Part shown: positions 6,881-15,359 of the stretch, one piece after another | Position numbering within the stretch: position 1 is the stretch's first letter | Layout: every line of letters begins with the position of its first letter | Assembly: GCA_965279525.1 (NCBI GenBank) | Contig: CBDIIB010000001.1 | Location: forward strand, 1 to 17,252 | Length of the DNA stretch: 17,252 nt | Direction: 5' to 3' | Source of the DNA: Tagaea sp. | GTDB taxonomy: Bacteria; Pseudomonadota; Alphaproteobacteria; CACIAM-22H2 | The notes under the pieces: generated by a model | What the model was told of the DNA's origin: nothing | What the model saw: only the letters and a program-made list of their open reading frames with translations | The model's database searches: none | Made by a program: the position numbers and the translations under genes

Positions 6881-7996
6881 TCAGCCGACTTGGGCCCTGC
6901 CGCCAAGAAGTGGCGCGTAGACCCCTTCCCAATGCGCGTCGGCGATCGCTCGCCAGTCGAACGCCGCGACATCGGCCCGGGCCGCGGCAGTCCACGCCGC
7001 AGCCATCGGCGCGTCGCCGAGCACCTCGCGCGCGCGCGCGACGAACGCTTCGACATCTCCGACGTCCACCAGCGCGCCATTGATCCCGTCGCGGATCATG
7101 TCGGGCGCCATGCCGCAGGCGCCCGCGACGATCGGGATGCCGGCCGCGAAGCACTCCGGCACCGCCTTGGGGCCCCCTTCCTCCCGCGAGGTCATCAGAT
7201 AAAGGTCGAGAGCCGCGTAGGCGTCGGCGATCTCGAGATAGTCCTCGAGATAGACGTGCCGGAACGGCACGTCGGCCGCCGCGAGGCCGGCCTTGACGTA
7301 GCCGCGTGCGGGCCCGGTCAGCAATGCCATGACCGGAAGGCCCTGCGCCCGGAGTGCGGCCATCGACTGCACGAATATGTCCGGCCCTTTGATCAGTTTT
7401 GGTGCCAGGCCCTCGCCCCAGCCCACGCCGTCCTTCTGGAACGAGCCGATGGCGACGGCGTCGTCAGGAATGCCGAAACGCGCGCGTGCCGCCGTCCGGC
7501 GCGCCGGGTCGGCCGGCATGAAACGGACGGTATCGACGCCGATCGGAATGCGGACCAGCTTGTCCTTCGGCACGCCCCATGCGAGCAGACGCCGCTCCAT
7601 CTCCGCTGCCGCAGTCACGACGGCCGATATCCTGCCAAGTCCCGCAAGGAAGCGCTCCACATCGCGCGCCGCCTCGGGTCCGTCCTCCGGCTTGCCGTGG
7701 AAATACGTCACGACATAGGCCGGCCCGTCGCGGAGATGCTTGCTCCACGCGTTCCAGAGATAGTGCGAGCCGAAATGCACGACACGCCCCCCCTGACGCC
7801 AAGGCCGGTCGGAAAGCTGGGTCGTGCCGGGATGCGCGGCCTCGACGCCGCGCGTGATGTAGATGCCGTCCCAGCGGATCGACCAGTCGTTGCGTTCGAC
7901 GACGAAGGTCACGGGCCGTGCCGGCAGCCGCAGACCCGGCAAGCGCCCGGCCTGCGCGAGCAGTGCACGCGCCGCCGATCTCAGGACGATGCTCAT
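6881..7996 (-). CDS. Glycosyltransferase family 4
   Basis: 371 aa from MSIVLRS (ATG 7996, ATGA overlap). Motifs IPIGVDTVRF, KGPDIF and SREEGGPKAVPECFAAGIPIV (E-X7-E). Confidence 0.9.
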   Translation of the reverse strand: MSIVLRSAARALLAQAGRLPGLRLPARPVTFVVERNDWSIRWDGIYITRGVEAAHPGTTQLSDRPWRQGGRVVHFGSHYLWNAWSKHLRDGPAYVVTYFHGKPEDGPEAARDVERFLAGLGRISAVVTAAAEMERRLLAWGVPKDKLVRIPIGVDTVRFMPADPARRTAARARFGIPDDAVAIGSFQKDGVGWGEGLAPKLIKGPDIFVQSMAALRAQGLPVMALLTGPARGYVKAGLAAADVPFRHVYLEDYLEIADAYAALDLYLMTSREEGGPKAVPECFAAGIPIVAGACGMAPDMIRDGINGALVDVGDVEAFVARAREVLGDAPMAAAWTAAARADVAAFDWRAIADAHWEGVYAPLLGGRAQVG

Positions 7997-9021
7997 ATGC
8001 CCGCCAGACAGCGCAGGAATGCCGCTGGCGACCGCCAGAGCCGGCGCGAAGCGACGATCGCGGCACGCCCTTCGACGGCGGCCCCGAGTGCTTCGATCCA
8101 ATCGGCGCACATTCGCCCCGCTGTCCATGGATATTCGGGCATCCGCGCGCGCAGTCCGGCATAGTCGGCAATCAGGCGTTCCAGCGCCAAGACGAGATCG
8201 CCCGGACCGTCGAACGCTTCGCCGAAGCCTGTGCAGTACTCCGGCATGCAGCCGCTGTTGCGGTAGAGCAGCGGCAGGCCGCAGCGAGCACCCTCGTTCT
8301 GGTGGTTGCCGCCGGGCTCGAACTGCGAGCCGGTCACGTAGACGTGGTGGCGGCGCAGTTCGTCGGCAAGTGCAGCTCCCGCCAGCGGCGGGCTGTAGGC
8401 GGCATTCCGGAAGCGGAACCCCGCCGGCAGGTTGCCGACATAGGTGAACGCGATCCGCTTGCGCCACGCCGGGTCGTCGAGCAACGCGTCAAGGGCCCCG
8501 TAGACGTCGAAGCCTTTCAGCTCGTGGAAGCCCCAGTGATGCGTCACCAGCCGCAGAACTCCCCGTCCGTCCCAAGGGACATGGCCACGGTCGTGGAACA
8601 GCGTTTCGTCGGCACCGTTGCGCAGGATCCGGAACGGCGTGCGCCGGTTGGCGCGCCAGACCGGCAGTTCCGTCAGCCATTCACCGACGAACGCCGTCAC
8701 GTCGGCGCAGTAGTTCGCGCGCGCAAGCATCGCGTCGACATGGGAAGTTCCCTTGCGCAGGTCGCACTCGTTGATCCGGTGGAACACGACCGCGTCCGGG
8801 TTCCGTACCGCGAGATAGCGCAGGATGGCGCCGGGGCCGAACGCAGCCGCAGGATTGCGCCGGCGCGGATCGGTGAGCACGATCGCGTCGACGTCGGGAT
8901 CCCGGAGATCAAAGCGCACCGAATGGCCGGCGCGGATGAGCCCGGCAGACAGCGCATGCGCGAACATGTTGCCCCCGCCCCAAGGGCCGTCCATGAGGCG
9001 GTGGCCAAGCGCCACCTTCAT
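7993..9021 (-). CDS. Divergent GT4-like glycosyltransferase
   Basis: 342 aa from MKVALGHR (ATG 9021). Motifs GPWGGGNMF, ILRNGADETLF, KGFDVY and EPGGNHQNEGARCGLPLLY (E-X7-E). Confidence 0.82.
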   Translation of the reverse strand: MKVALGHRLMDGPWGGGNMFAHALSAGLIRAGHSVRFDLRDPDVDAIVLTDPRRRNPAAAFGPGAILRYLAVRNPDAVVFHRINECDLRKGTSHVDAMLARANYCADVTAFVGEWLTELPVWRANRRTPFRILRNGADETLFHDRGHVPWDGRGVLRLVTHHWGFHELKGFDVYGALDALLDDPAWRKRIAFTYVGNLPAGFRFRNAAYSPPLAGAALADELRRHHVYVTGSQFEPGGNHQNEGARCGLPLLYRNSGCMPEYCTGFGEAFDGPGDLVLALERLIADYAGLRARMPEYPWTAGRMCADWIEALGAAVEGRAAIVASRRLWRSPAAFLRCLAGI

Positions 9022-9037
9022 TGCCGCGCCACCGCGA

Positions 9038-9820
9038 TCACGTCGCGTCGCCGATCCGGTACTCGGGGTTGAGGCCGCTCTTCGCGTAATAGACGCCGCC
9101 ATCGACGTCCGCACCCTTGCGGGCAAGGGCGGCGTAGCGCTTGCCGACCAGTTCGGGGTTCGTCTTCCGGAAGCAGCCGCTGTCGACGACGGTCCCGAAC
9201 CCGGCCATATCGAGCCAGGCGCGGATCGCGCCGGCACTCGGCATGTGGGTGATCGTGCCCGTGTCGCGGAAGGTCTTCGGCCAGTGGACCTGCACGTAAG
9301 CACCGTCGCGAAGTTCGCGCGGCCCGCGCAGCGTCGAACTCTCGAGCACAAGCCAGCCATCAGGTTCGAGCTGGCGGAACAGCGTGCGGAGCATGCGCAG
9401 CTGTTCGGCGTTGTGGTAGAGCACGCCGGTGAACCAGATGAGGTCGAAGCGGCCGAGCCCGACGCGCGCCGCCGGGTCCATGTAGAGGTAGTTCGCCTCG
9501 ATGTAGCGGTGCGGGCAGGCGATCTCGGCAAGCCAGCCGCGGTTGACCTCGCCCTTTTCGGGCAGGTCGAGCATGACGAGTTCGGCCGGTGCAAGCCCCG
9601 CCAGGCGACGCGAATCGAGGCCGTCGCGCGGCCCGATTTCGAGGATCCGCCTTCCCGCAAACCGGCCGGGCCCGGCCAGCGCCGCGAGTTCGTCGAACAG
9701 CGCCACGCGGTAGGGCAGCCATTCCTCGCCTTCCCGGCGCGGCCCGCGGACGAGAGTCCGCAGGCGTTCGCGCCAGGCGGTCGGCAGCGCGTCGGCAATT
9801 CGTCTGAGCATCGCGTTCAT
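9038..9820 (-). CDS. Class I SAM-dependent transferase, CmoB/DUF1698-like
   Basis: 260 aa from MNAMLRR (ATG 9820, ATGA overlap). Motifs GRRILEIGPRDG, FDLIWFTGVLYH, LEPDGWLVLES and PSAGAIRAWLDMAGF. Confidence 0.8.
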   Translation of the reverse strand: MNAMLRRIADALPTAWRERLRTLVRGPRREGEEWLPYRVALFDELAALAGPGRFAGRRILEIGPRDGLDSRRLAGLAPAELVMLDLPEKGEVNRGWLAEIACPHRYIEANYLYMDPAARVGLGRFDLIWFTGVLYHNAEQLRMLRTLFRQLEPDGWLVLESSTLRGPRELRDGAYVQVHWPKTFRDTGTITHMPSAGAIRAWLDMAGFGTVVDSGCFRKTNPELVGKRYAALARKGADVDGGVYYAKSGLNPEYRIGDAT

Positions 9821-10953
9821 CCCCGTGTTGCGCCGGTCCGCGCCGAAGCTTCGCCCGCAAGCCGGTCCGCGAGCGCCACGATCGCCTTGTCCATTCGCGC
9901 GAGCGGGAAGTGGCGCAACGCGTCGGCGCGCGCGGCCGCCCCGATCCGGCGACGGAGATCGGCATCGGCCATCAGGCGGTCGATGGCGGCGGCGAACGCG
10001 ACGGGATCGCCCGGCGGCACGAGAATGCAGTTCTCGCCCGTCCGAAAGACTTCGGGATCCCAGAGGCCGCGGTTGCGCGTGAGCACGACCGGCCGCCCGC
10101 ACGCCATCGCCTGGAGCGTGACCGAGTAGCCGCTGGGCTGATGGACGTCGTGGAGCGGGACGGCCACCACAGCGGCCGAGCGGTAGAGGTCGCGCAATAC
10201 GACGTCGGTAATCGGGGAGCCATAGAGGTTCCCGCGGACGAGTTCGACCCGGCCGTCAGGCGGCGTGCGGACAGGCAGACTCGTCAGGATCCGCATCCGC
10301 GCCGCGGTCGGGGCGGCGACGAGGGTCGCATAGTCGCGCTGCGGATCGGAGCCGACAGCAAAGACGCGCGCTTCCTCGGCTCCGTCCGCCGATGGCGTCC
10401 AGAAATCGGTGTCGACACCGAACGGGAACAGCGACGTGCGCGACACGTCGATCCCGTACATCTCGATGGCTTTCAGCCGGTCGACCTCGCCGAAGAAGAA
10501 GAGGTGGTCAAGGCCGCGGACCGCGCGCGCGATCCGGCGGCGCACGAAGGGCCGCGCCCATGCCCGGGCGCGCTCGTGGACGTCGGCCAGGCCGTGGAAC
10601 CCGCCGGCCAGAAAAGTGCGGCCCGACGACGGCCGCCAGTAGCCCATCGACAGGCTGAACGCGTCGGTGAAGCTGAGTGCGATATCCGAACCGGCGAACG
10701 CGGGTTCGAGCGCACGGACGCGCTGGCGAGACATTCCGAAGACGAGGAAGCGGTTGCGCAGATGCTCCCACTGGAGATCGAGGCGTGCGAAGAACCCGGG
10801 GGGATCGGTGCGCGTGTCGCCGATCGCGCAATCCCTTCCGGCCGCCTTTAGCCCGAGATAGCCGTAGAAGAAATCTCGCGGGACCTGCCCGTCCGCGAGT
10901 TCGGCAAGACGGCGGCGGCGGCTCTCGCCGGGATAGAGGAACAGGTAGCGCAT
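9817..10953 (-). CDS. Glycosyltransferase family 4 with an atypical acidic motif
   Basis: 378 aa from MRYLFLYPG (ATG 10953, 5 nt after the upstream stop). Motifs FGVDTDFW, RDYATL, SGYSVTLQAMACGRPVV and ILVPPGDP. Confidence 0.87.
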   Translation of the reverse strand: MRYLFLYPGESRRRRLAELADGQVPRDFFYGYLGLKAAGRDCAIGDTRTDPPGFFARLDLQWEHLRNRFLVFGMSRQRVRALEPAFAGSDIALSFTDAFSLSMGYWRPSSGRTFLAGGFHGLADVHERARAWARPFVRRRIARAVRGLDHLFFFGEVDRLKAIEMYGIDVSRTSLFPFGVDTDFWTPSADGAEEARVFAVGSDPQRDYATLVAAPTAARMRILTSLPVRTPPDGRVELVRGNLYGSPITDVVLRDLYRSAAVVAVPLHDVHQPSGYSVTLQAMACGRPVVLTRNRGLWDPEVFRTGENCILVPPGDPVAFAAAIDRLMADADLRRRIGAAARADALRHFPLARMDKAIVALADRLAGEASARTGATRG

Positions 10954-10958
10954 TTTCG

Positions 10959-12353
10959 TTAGGATGGCGTTCGCGGCGTGGCACTTCCGGGACGACCCGC
11001 CAGGAACTCGGCGACATGACGCGCCAACCGCGCCGAGTAGCTTTCCTCGAAGCTGTCGGCGAAATAGGCGGCCGCGCGGCGCATGCGTTCGGCATTGCCT
11101 TCCTGCTGGCTGCGCCGGAGAAGTTCCTCGATCATCGGCAGGAACTCCTGGCGGGACCGGGCGATGACGAAATCCGGGGACTCGTAGACCGGCACGAAAT
11201 GGGCGAGCGGTGATACCCGCTTGAAGCTGATCGACTCCTCCTCGAACGGGAGATAGCACATCGACGCGCGGCCCATCACGGCCGCTTCGACGACGACCGT
11301 CGAAAGCGGCGATACCACGGCATCGACATGGGCAAGCGTGTCGCGCATCACCGCATAGTCGGTGAGGTAAACGCCGTCCCAACCTTCCTTCGTGCGCCGG
11401 AGATACTCGCGCATCGTGGGATCGATCGTGACGTGCTTCCAGGCACGGTCGAGTATCCGGCCGCCGCCCTTGCCGCCGAGCCCCCAGGGATGCGGCCGGT
11501 AGTAGACGTGCAGATCGCCGGCCGCACCGCCTTCGATCCAATCTTCGAGCATGCTCAGATGGGCGTACTCGTCGAGGATCTTGGACGAACCTGCGTACAT
11601 CAGGATCCGCTTGTCGGCCGGAAGGGCATTGACCGCGCGGAATTCGTCGCGCGAAAGCGGTGACGGCACGCGATAGACGTCGAACTGCGCCGCGCCGAAA
11701 CGGACGACGGTCGGAGAGCGTGCGTCCAGGTAGTCGCGCGCGTGTTCTTCCGTCTGCTGGCCCCAGACGAACAGCCGGTCCGGCATCGACTGCACGTAGC
11801 GGCAGGTCGAAATGTTGTCCCAGGAGTTCATCAGGATATAGAGCGGGATGCCGTAGCGCTTGCTGTGGTCGAGAAGGTCGTTGACGAACAGTCCGTCCAT
11901 CACGGTCGGATGGATGATGAGGTCGAACCCGCCATTCTCGAGCAGCTTCTCGAGTTCGCGATTGGGGTTCCGGGCGAGCTTCAATCGGCCGAGCGCCCGG
12001 TAGGCCTGAAAAACGCCGGGCAACGCCGCCAAAGTGAACTGGACGGCATGGAACCGGCCGACGGCGACCCGCGAGGAGAATCGCAGGTACTTCGCCTGCG
12101 GACCCGACCGCCAGCGCAGTCGATTGACGTGCATCATGCGCGACCAGACCGATTGCCGCGCCTGGACGATGGGCAGTGTCTTGACCTCGCCAGTCAGGGC
12201 AAGCTCGCGCAATCCGATCGTGACCCGGCGCTTGAAGCTCGGATCGGGCAGCACGTAGACGACCTCGTGCTCGCGTTCCAGGTCCCGGAAGGCGCCGCCG
12301 TGGATGAAGTTCCGGATGACGATGTCGTGGTCGAGAAAAATCGCGATCTTCAT
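10959..12353 (-). CDS. Unassigned GT-B-like protein (CDP-glycerol glycerophosphotransferase-like, or candidate CMP-sugar transferase)
   Basis: 464 aa from MKIAIFLD (ATG 12353, 7 nt after the upstream stop). Motifs NSWDN, PDRLFVWG, GAAQFD, YRPHPW and STVVVEAAVMG. Coding status is well supported by operon spacing, but function is uncertain. Confidence 0.6.
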   Translation of the reverse strand: MKIAIFLDHDIVIRNFIHGGAFRDLEREHEVVYVLPDPSFKRRVTIGLRELALTGEVKTLPIVQARQSVWSRMMHVNRLRWRSGPQAKYLRFSSRVAVGRFHAVQFTLAALPGVFQAYRALGRLKLARNPNRELEKLLENGGFDLIIHPTVMDGLFVNDLLDHSKRYGIPLYILMNSWDNISTCRYVQSMPDRLFVWGQQTEEHARDYLDARSPTVVRFGAAQFDVYRVPSPLSRDEFRAVNALPADKRILMYAGSSKILDEYAHLSMLEDWIEGGAAGDLHVYYRPHPWGLGGKGGGRILDRAWKHVTIDPTMREYLRRTKEGWDGVYLTDYAVMRDTLAHVDAVVSPLSTVVVEAAVMGRASMCYLPFEEESISFKRVSPLAHFVPVYESPDFVIARSRQEFLPMIEELLRRSQQEGNAERMRRAAAYFADSFEESYSARLARHVAEFLAGRPGSATPRTPS

Positions 12354-12360
12354 TCTTGTT

Positions 12361-13518
12361 TCACCTTGCGCCCAGCCAGTCGCGTACGGCACCCATCGCA
12401 CCGTCCATCTCCTGCGCCAGGCGCTTGTTCACATCTACGATCACCGCCGGATCGACAAGACTGCCATCGAGCGCCAGGTTGATCCGGCCGCTCAGGGTCT
12501 CGGGCGCATTGAGGTCGTAACGGAATGCCAGTTCGCCGAGGCCGACGCCCTCCAGCGTGTCGAGGACCTTCGGATAGGTCACCAGGCCGATGGGCGATTT
12601 CCCCATTCCTATCGAGCAGACAAGCGAATGGAATCGCATCCCGAACACCGCGTCGCAGCGCGCATACTCGCCGAAGATTTCGAGATGGGCATCCGGGCCG
12701 ACCACATAGGGTGCCACGCGGCACTTGGTCCGCCGGATTCGATCCGAAACACGATCGAGGACAGCACCGATCAGTTCGAGATCGCGGAAGATATGGGGAA
12801 AGAACACGAACTCGACGTCCGGGCGTCCGGCATCCAGCCGCTCGATCGTCGACGCGATATGCGCGACGAAGCCTTCGTGTCCGAGCCCGCACCATCCGCG
12901 GGTGCTCCGGCCGAAACGCAGCTCCGGCATGTCGCCCGCAAGACTGATACCGACGGTCGGTCCCTTCCCCTTGCGGACAGGGAGCTTGCCGAGTGCGGCG
13001 CCGACGAAGAATCCGCCGTCAGGCACTTCGCGGACATGGGCGGCGTATTCAGCGCCGATCTGTTCGTTCACCGTCCGCCAGGATCCGTCGTTCCGGCAGG
13101 TGACCAGATTGCGCCCGGATTCCAGGACGCCGTCGAGGAACCGCCTGAACTTCAGGATGTTGGCTTCCGGCGCGCCCTTGTAGGGGTCGCATCCCAGTCC
13201 GAAGAAGTACATGGGCACACGGATCTTCGCCGCAAGTTCGGGCGGCAGGTCGATTGTGCAGCCGGTTCGCGATTTCTCGACCCAGAGCTCGAAGAAATTC
13301 CCGCCGCCGAAGACGACAAGGTCGTGCGCGTTCGCAAGGTCGACGAAGCGGTCGTCGAATGCCCATTCGCCCCAGTAGCTGCGTCTGATCTCGAGGCGCT
13401 CGACCTCGAATTCACCGATGGCTTTCTTCAAACCGACATAGAAGCCGGCGTGGTTCGCGGCATCGCCGACGTTTCCGTAGAAACTCGCGACATGCAGGAT
13501 GCGGCGTGGGCGCGTCAT
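12361..13518 (-). CDS. Polysaccharide pyruvyltransferase family protein (WcaK/CsaB-like)
   Basis: 385 aa. Motifs YGNVGDAA, VVFGGGN, VTCRNDGS, VPDGGF and GMRFHSLV. Confidence 0.83.
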   Translation of the reverse strand: MTRPRRILHVASFYGNVGDAANHAGFYVGLKKAIGEFEVERLEIRRSYWGEWAFDDRFVDLANAHDLVVFGGGNFFELWVEKSRTGCTIDLPPELAAKIRVPMYFFGLGCDPYKGAPEANILKFRRFLDGVLESGRNLVTCRNDGSWRTVNEQIGAEYAAHVREVPDGGFFVGAALGKLPVRKGKGPTVGISLAGDMPELRFGRSTRGWCGLGHEGFVAHIASTIERLDAGRPDVEFVFFPHIFRDLELIGAVLDRVSDRIRRTKCRVAPYVVGPDAHLEIFGEYARCDAVFGMRFHSLVCSIGMGKSPIGLVTYPKVLDTLEGVGLGELAFRYDLNAPETLSGRINLALDGSLVDPAVIVDVNKRLAQEMDGAMGAVRDWLGAR

Positions 13519-13525
13519 TCCGGCT

Positions 13526-14203
13526 TCAGCTCCGTCGGTTCGTCGTCAGCAAGAACTCGGCGAAGGCAAGGTCGTGCGCCGTATCGATGTCCGTGCTCTC
13601 GAATTCGTCCATCTCGTACCACACCGGCGGCGGCGCGAAGAAAGTGCGCGCGCGGCGGTAAGGTTCCGAAGCCGCGACGTAGATGGCTCCGTTCGGTGCG
13701 ATCGCCTTCGGCAGGCTCTGGTCCGGCGCCTCGAAAGAGGCCATCGATTCGACCGCCACGAATTTTCCGTCCCGCTCCACCAGCGACTTGTAGGGATGCG
13801 GATGCGGCCTGCGACAGCCGACGACCGCAGGCCCGCGAGCCGCCTCGAACATTTCGAGGGCCGCACGGATATTCTCGGCCGTCCGCAACGGGGATGTCGG
13901 CTGCAGCAGACAGAACGCGCTTTGCCCGGCGTGGCGCGGATCGTCGAGGACGTGGACGATGGCGTCGCTGCTGCGTGCGGCATCGCCAGCCAGCTCCGGT
14001 GGCCGCTCGACCACCGCGGCGCCTGCGCCGGCAGCGAAAGCCGCGATCTGCGGATCGTCGGTGGTGACGACGACCGCGTCGAAGGCCCGCGACGCCAGCG
14101 CAACGTCAATGCTGTAGGCGATCAGCGGCCGCCCGGCCAGCTGCCGCATGTTCTTGCCGGGCAGGCGCTTGGAGCCGCCGCGCGCTGTGATGATGGCGAT
14201 CAT
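13526..14203 (-). CDS. neuA: Acylneuraminate cytidylyltransferase (CMP-sialic acid synthetase), single domain
   Basis: 225 aa. Motifs ARGGSKRLPGKN, VVTTDD, RPPELAGD, LQPTSPLR, NGAIY and DIDT. Confidence 0.93.
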   Translation of the reverse strand: MIAIITARGGSKRLPGKNMRQLAGRPLIAYSIDVALASRAFDAVVVTTDDPQIAAFAAGAGAAVVERPPELAGDAARSSDAIVHVLDDPRHAGQSAFCLLQPTSPLRTAENIRAALEMFEAARGPAVVGCRRPHPHPYKSLVERDGKFVAVESMASFEAPDQSLPKAIAPNGAIYVAASEPYRRARTFFAPPPVWYEMDEFESTDIDTAHDLAFAEFLLTTNRRS

Positions 14204-14223
14204 GGGATTTTCTCTGATCCGCG

Positions 14224-15357
14224 CTAGTCCGACGCGGCGCCGTCGTGGAACTTCTTCTGGATCGGAATGCGCCAGATCGACCCCTCTTCGAGCGTGCGCC
14301 TGAAGTTGGCGGCACTCTCGCCCCGCCCGAACTGGTAGGACGGTTCGAACCGCTTGTGCGGACGGATGCGCGCAAGCGCATCCCGGATATCCTCGAAACG
14401 GGCGGGTACGTTGACGATCGATGCGGCTTCGGATCGCGCGTGCTGGCGCGTGCCCACATTGATCGTCGGAACGCCGAAAGCGGGCGCTTCATGGATGCCC
14501 GAACTCGAATTGCCGAGAATGCATTCGGCATTCTTGAGAAGCGTAAGGTAGCTTTCGAAACGGACGGACGGAAACTTCCGGATCCTGGGGTTTCCGTCAA
14601 ACTTCCGGTACGCCGCCTCGATGAGACCGCGGCCGGAATCGTTGTTGGGAAGAATCACGACCGCATTGCGCTCGCTGGCCAGCAACGCGTCGGCGACGGC
14701 GTTGGCCTCTGACCCCGTCTTTTTCTCCGTCGTCACCGGATGGAGTGCGAGGACCACATAGTTCTCGAACGGAATCTCGTAGTGCCGCCGGACGGCGTCG
14801 AGCGCCGGCAACCGGTCCGAAAAGATCAGATCGAGGCTTGGCGAGCCGATCACGAAGATCGATGCAGGCGACTCGCCCATCCGCAGCAGGCGGCCCCTTG
14901 CGTCCTCATTCGACACGAAATGCACCTGGGCGAGTTTCGAGATCGAATGCCGGAGCATCTCGTCGACGGTCCCGGACACCTCGCCGCCCTCGATATGCCC
15001 GACCCGCACGTTCCGCAGGCAGGCGGCGAGCGTGGCCCCCATGGGCTCGACCCGATCCCCGTGGACGACCAGCAGATCGGTCGGGTTCTGCTCGAGGTAG
15101 CGGGTCACGATGCGGACGGTGCCGGCCAGCGCGTCGGCCATCCCGTCGCCGATATCCTGGTTGGAGACGGCATGGATCCGCCGGAACCCCGCCCGGTAGA
15201 TCTCGTTGACCGTCAGCCCGTACTCGGCGAGCAGGTGCATGCCCGTCGCGAGGATCTGGACCTCGAACGCCGGGTCGCTGTACACGGACTCGATCAGCGG
15301 CTGGAGCTTGCCGAAATCCGCGCGCGTTGCCGTCAGGAACGTGAGGCGCTTCTTCAC
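14224..15357 (-). CDS. neuC: UDP-N-acetylglucosamine 2-epimerase (hydrolysing)
   Basis: 377 aa from GTG 15357 (alternative TTG 15363 overlapping the neuB stop). Motifs TATRADFGKL, ATGMHL, VHGDRVE, HIEGGEVSGTVDE, RHSISKL, HPVTTE, GNSSSGIHEA and NVGTRQ. Confidence 0.93.
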   Translation of the reverse strand: MKKRLTFLTATRADFGKLQPLIESVYSDPAFEVQILATGMHLLAEYGLTVNEIYRAGFRRIHAVSNQDIGDGMADALAGTVRIVTRYLEQNPTDLLVVHGDRVEPMGATLAACLRNVRVGHIEGGEVSGTVDEMLRHSISKLAQVHFVSNEDARGRLLRMGESPASIFVIGSPSLDLIFSDRLPALDAVRRHYEIPFENYVVLALHPVTTEKKTGSEANAVADALLASERNAVVILPNNDSGRGLIEAAYRKFDGNPRIRKFPSVRFESYLTLLKNAECILGNSSSGIHEAPAFGVPTINVGTRQHARSEAASIVNVPARFEDIRDALARIRPHKRFEPSYQFGRGESAANFRRTLEEGSIWRIPIQKKFHDGAASD

Positions 15358-15359
15358 CG

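Noticed and set aside
7027-7040. (CG)7 tract in the GT4 at 6881-7996
   Set aside because: It is short, encodes an ordinary Ala-Arg helix, and is unremarkable at this GC content.
9038-9820. Assigning the gene symbol cmoB (tRNA modification)
   Set aside because: The protein is shorter than CmoB, has a deviant motif I, has no cmoA neighbour and sits inside a glycan operon.
2841-11541. Long N-terminal extensions in track ORFs (564, 528, 601, 354 and 574 aa) suggesting fusions or programmed frameshifts
   Set aside because: The extensions are Arg/Pro-rich off-frame readings of the upstream gene. Each gene has an internal ATG at an ATGA overlap or a short gap.
7918-14067. Long plus-strand ORFs (7918-9072, 8825-10129, 9910-10851, 12304-14067) and others such as 2835-3899 and 15699-16778
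   Set aside because: They are antisense shadows of motif-bearing genes, have no recognisable motifs, and are expected from stop-codon scarcity in GC-rich DNA.
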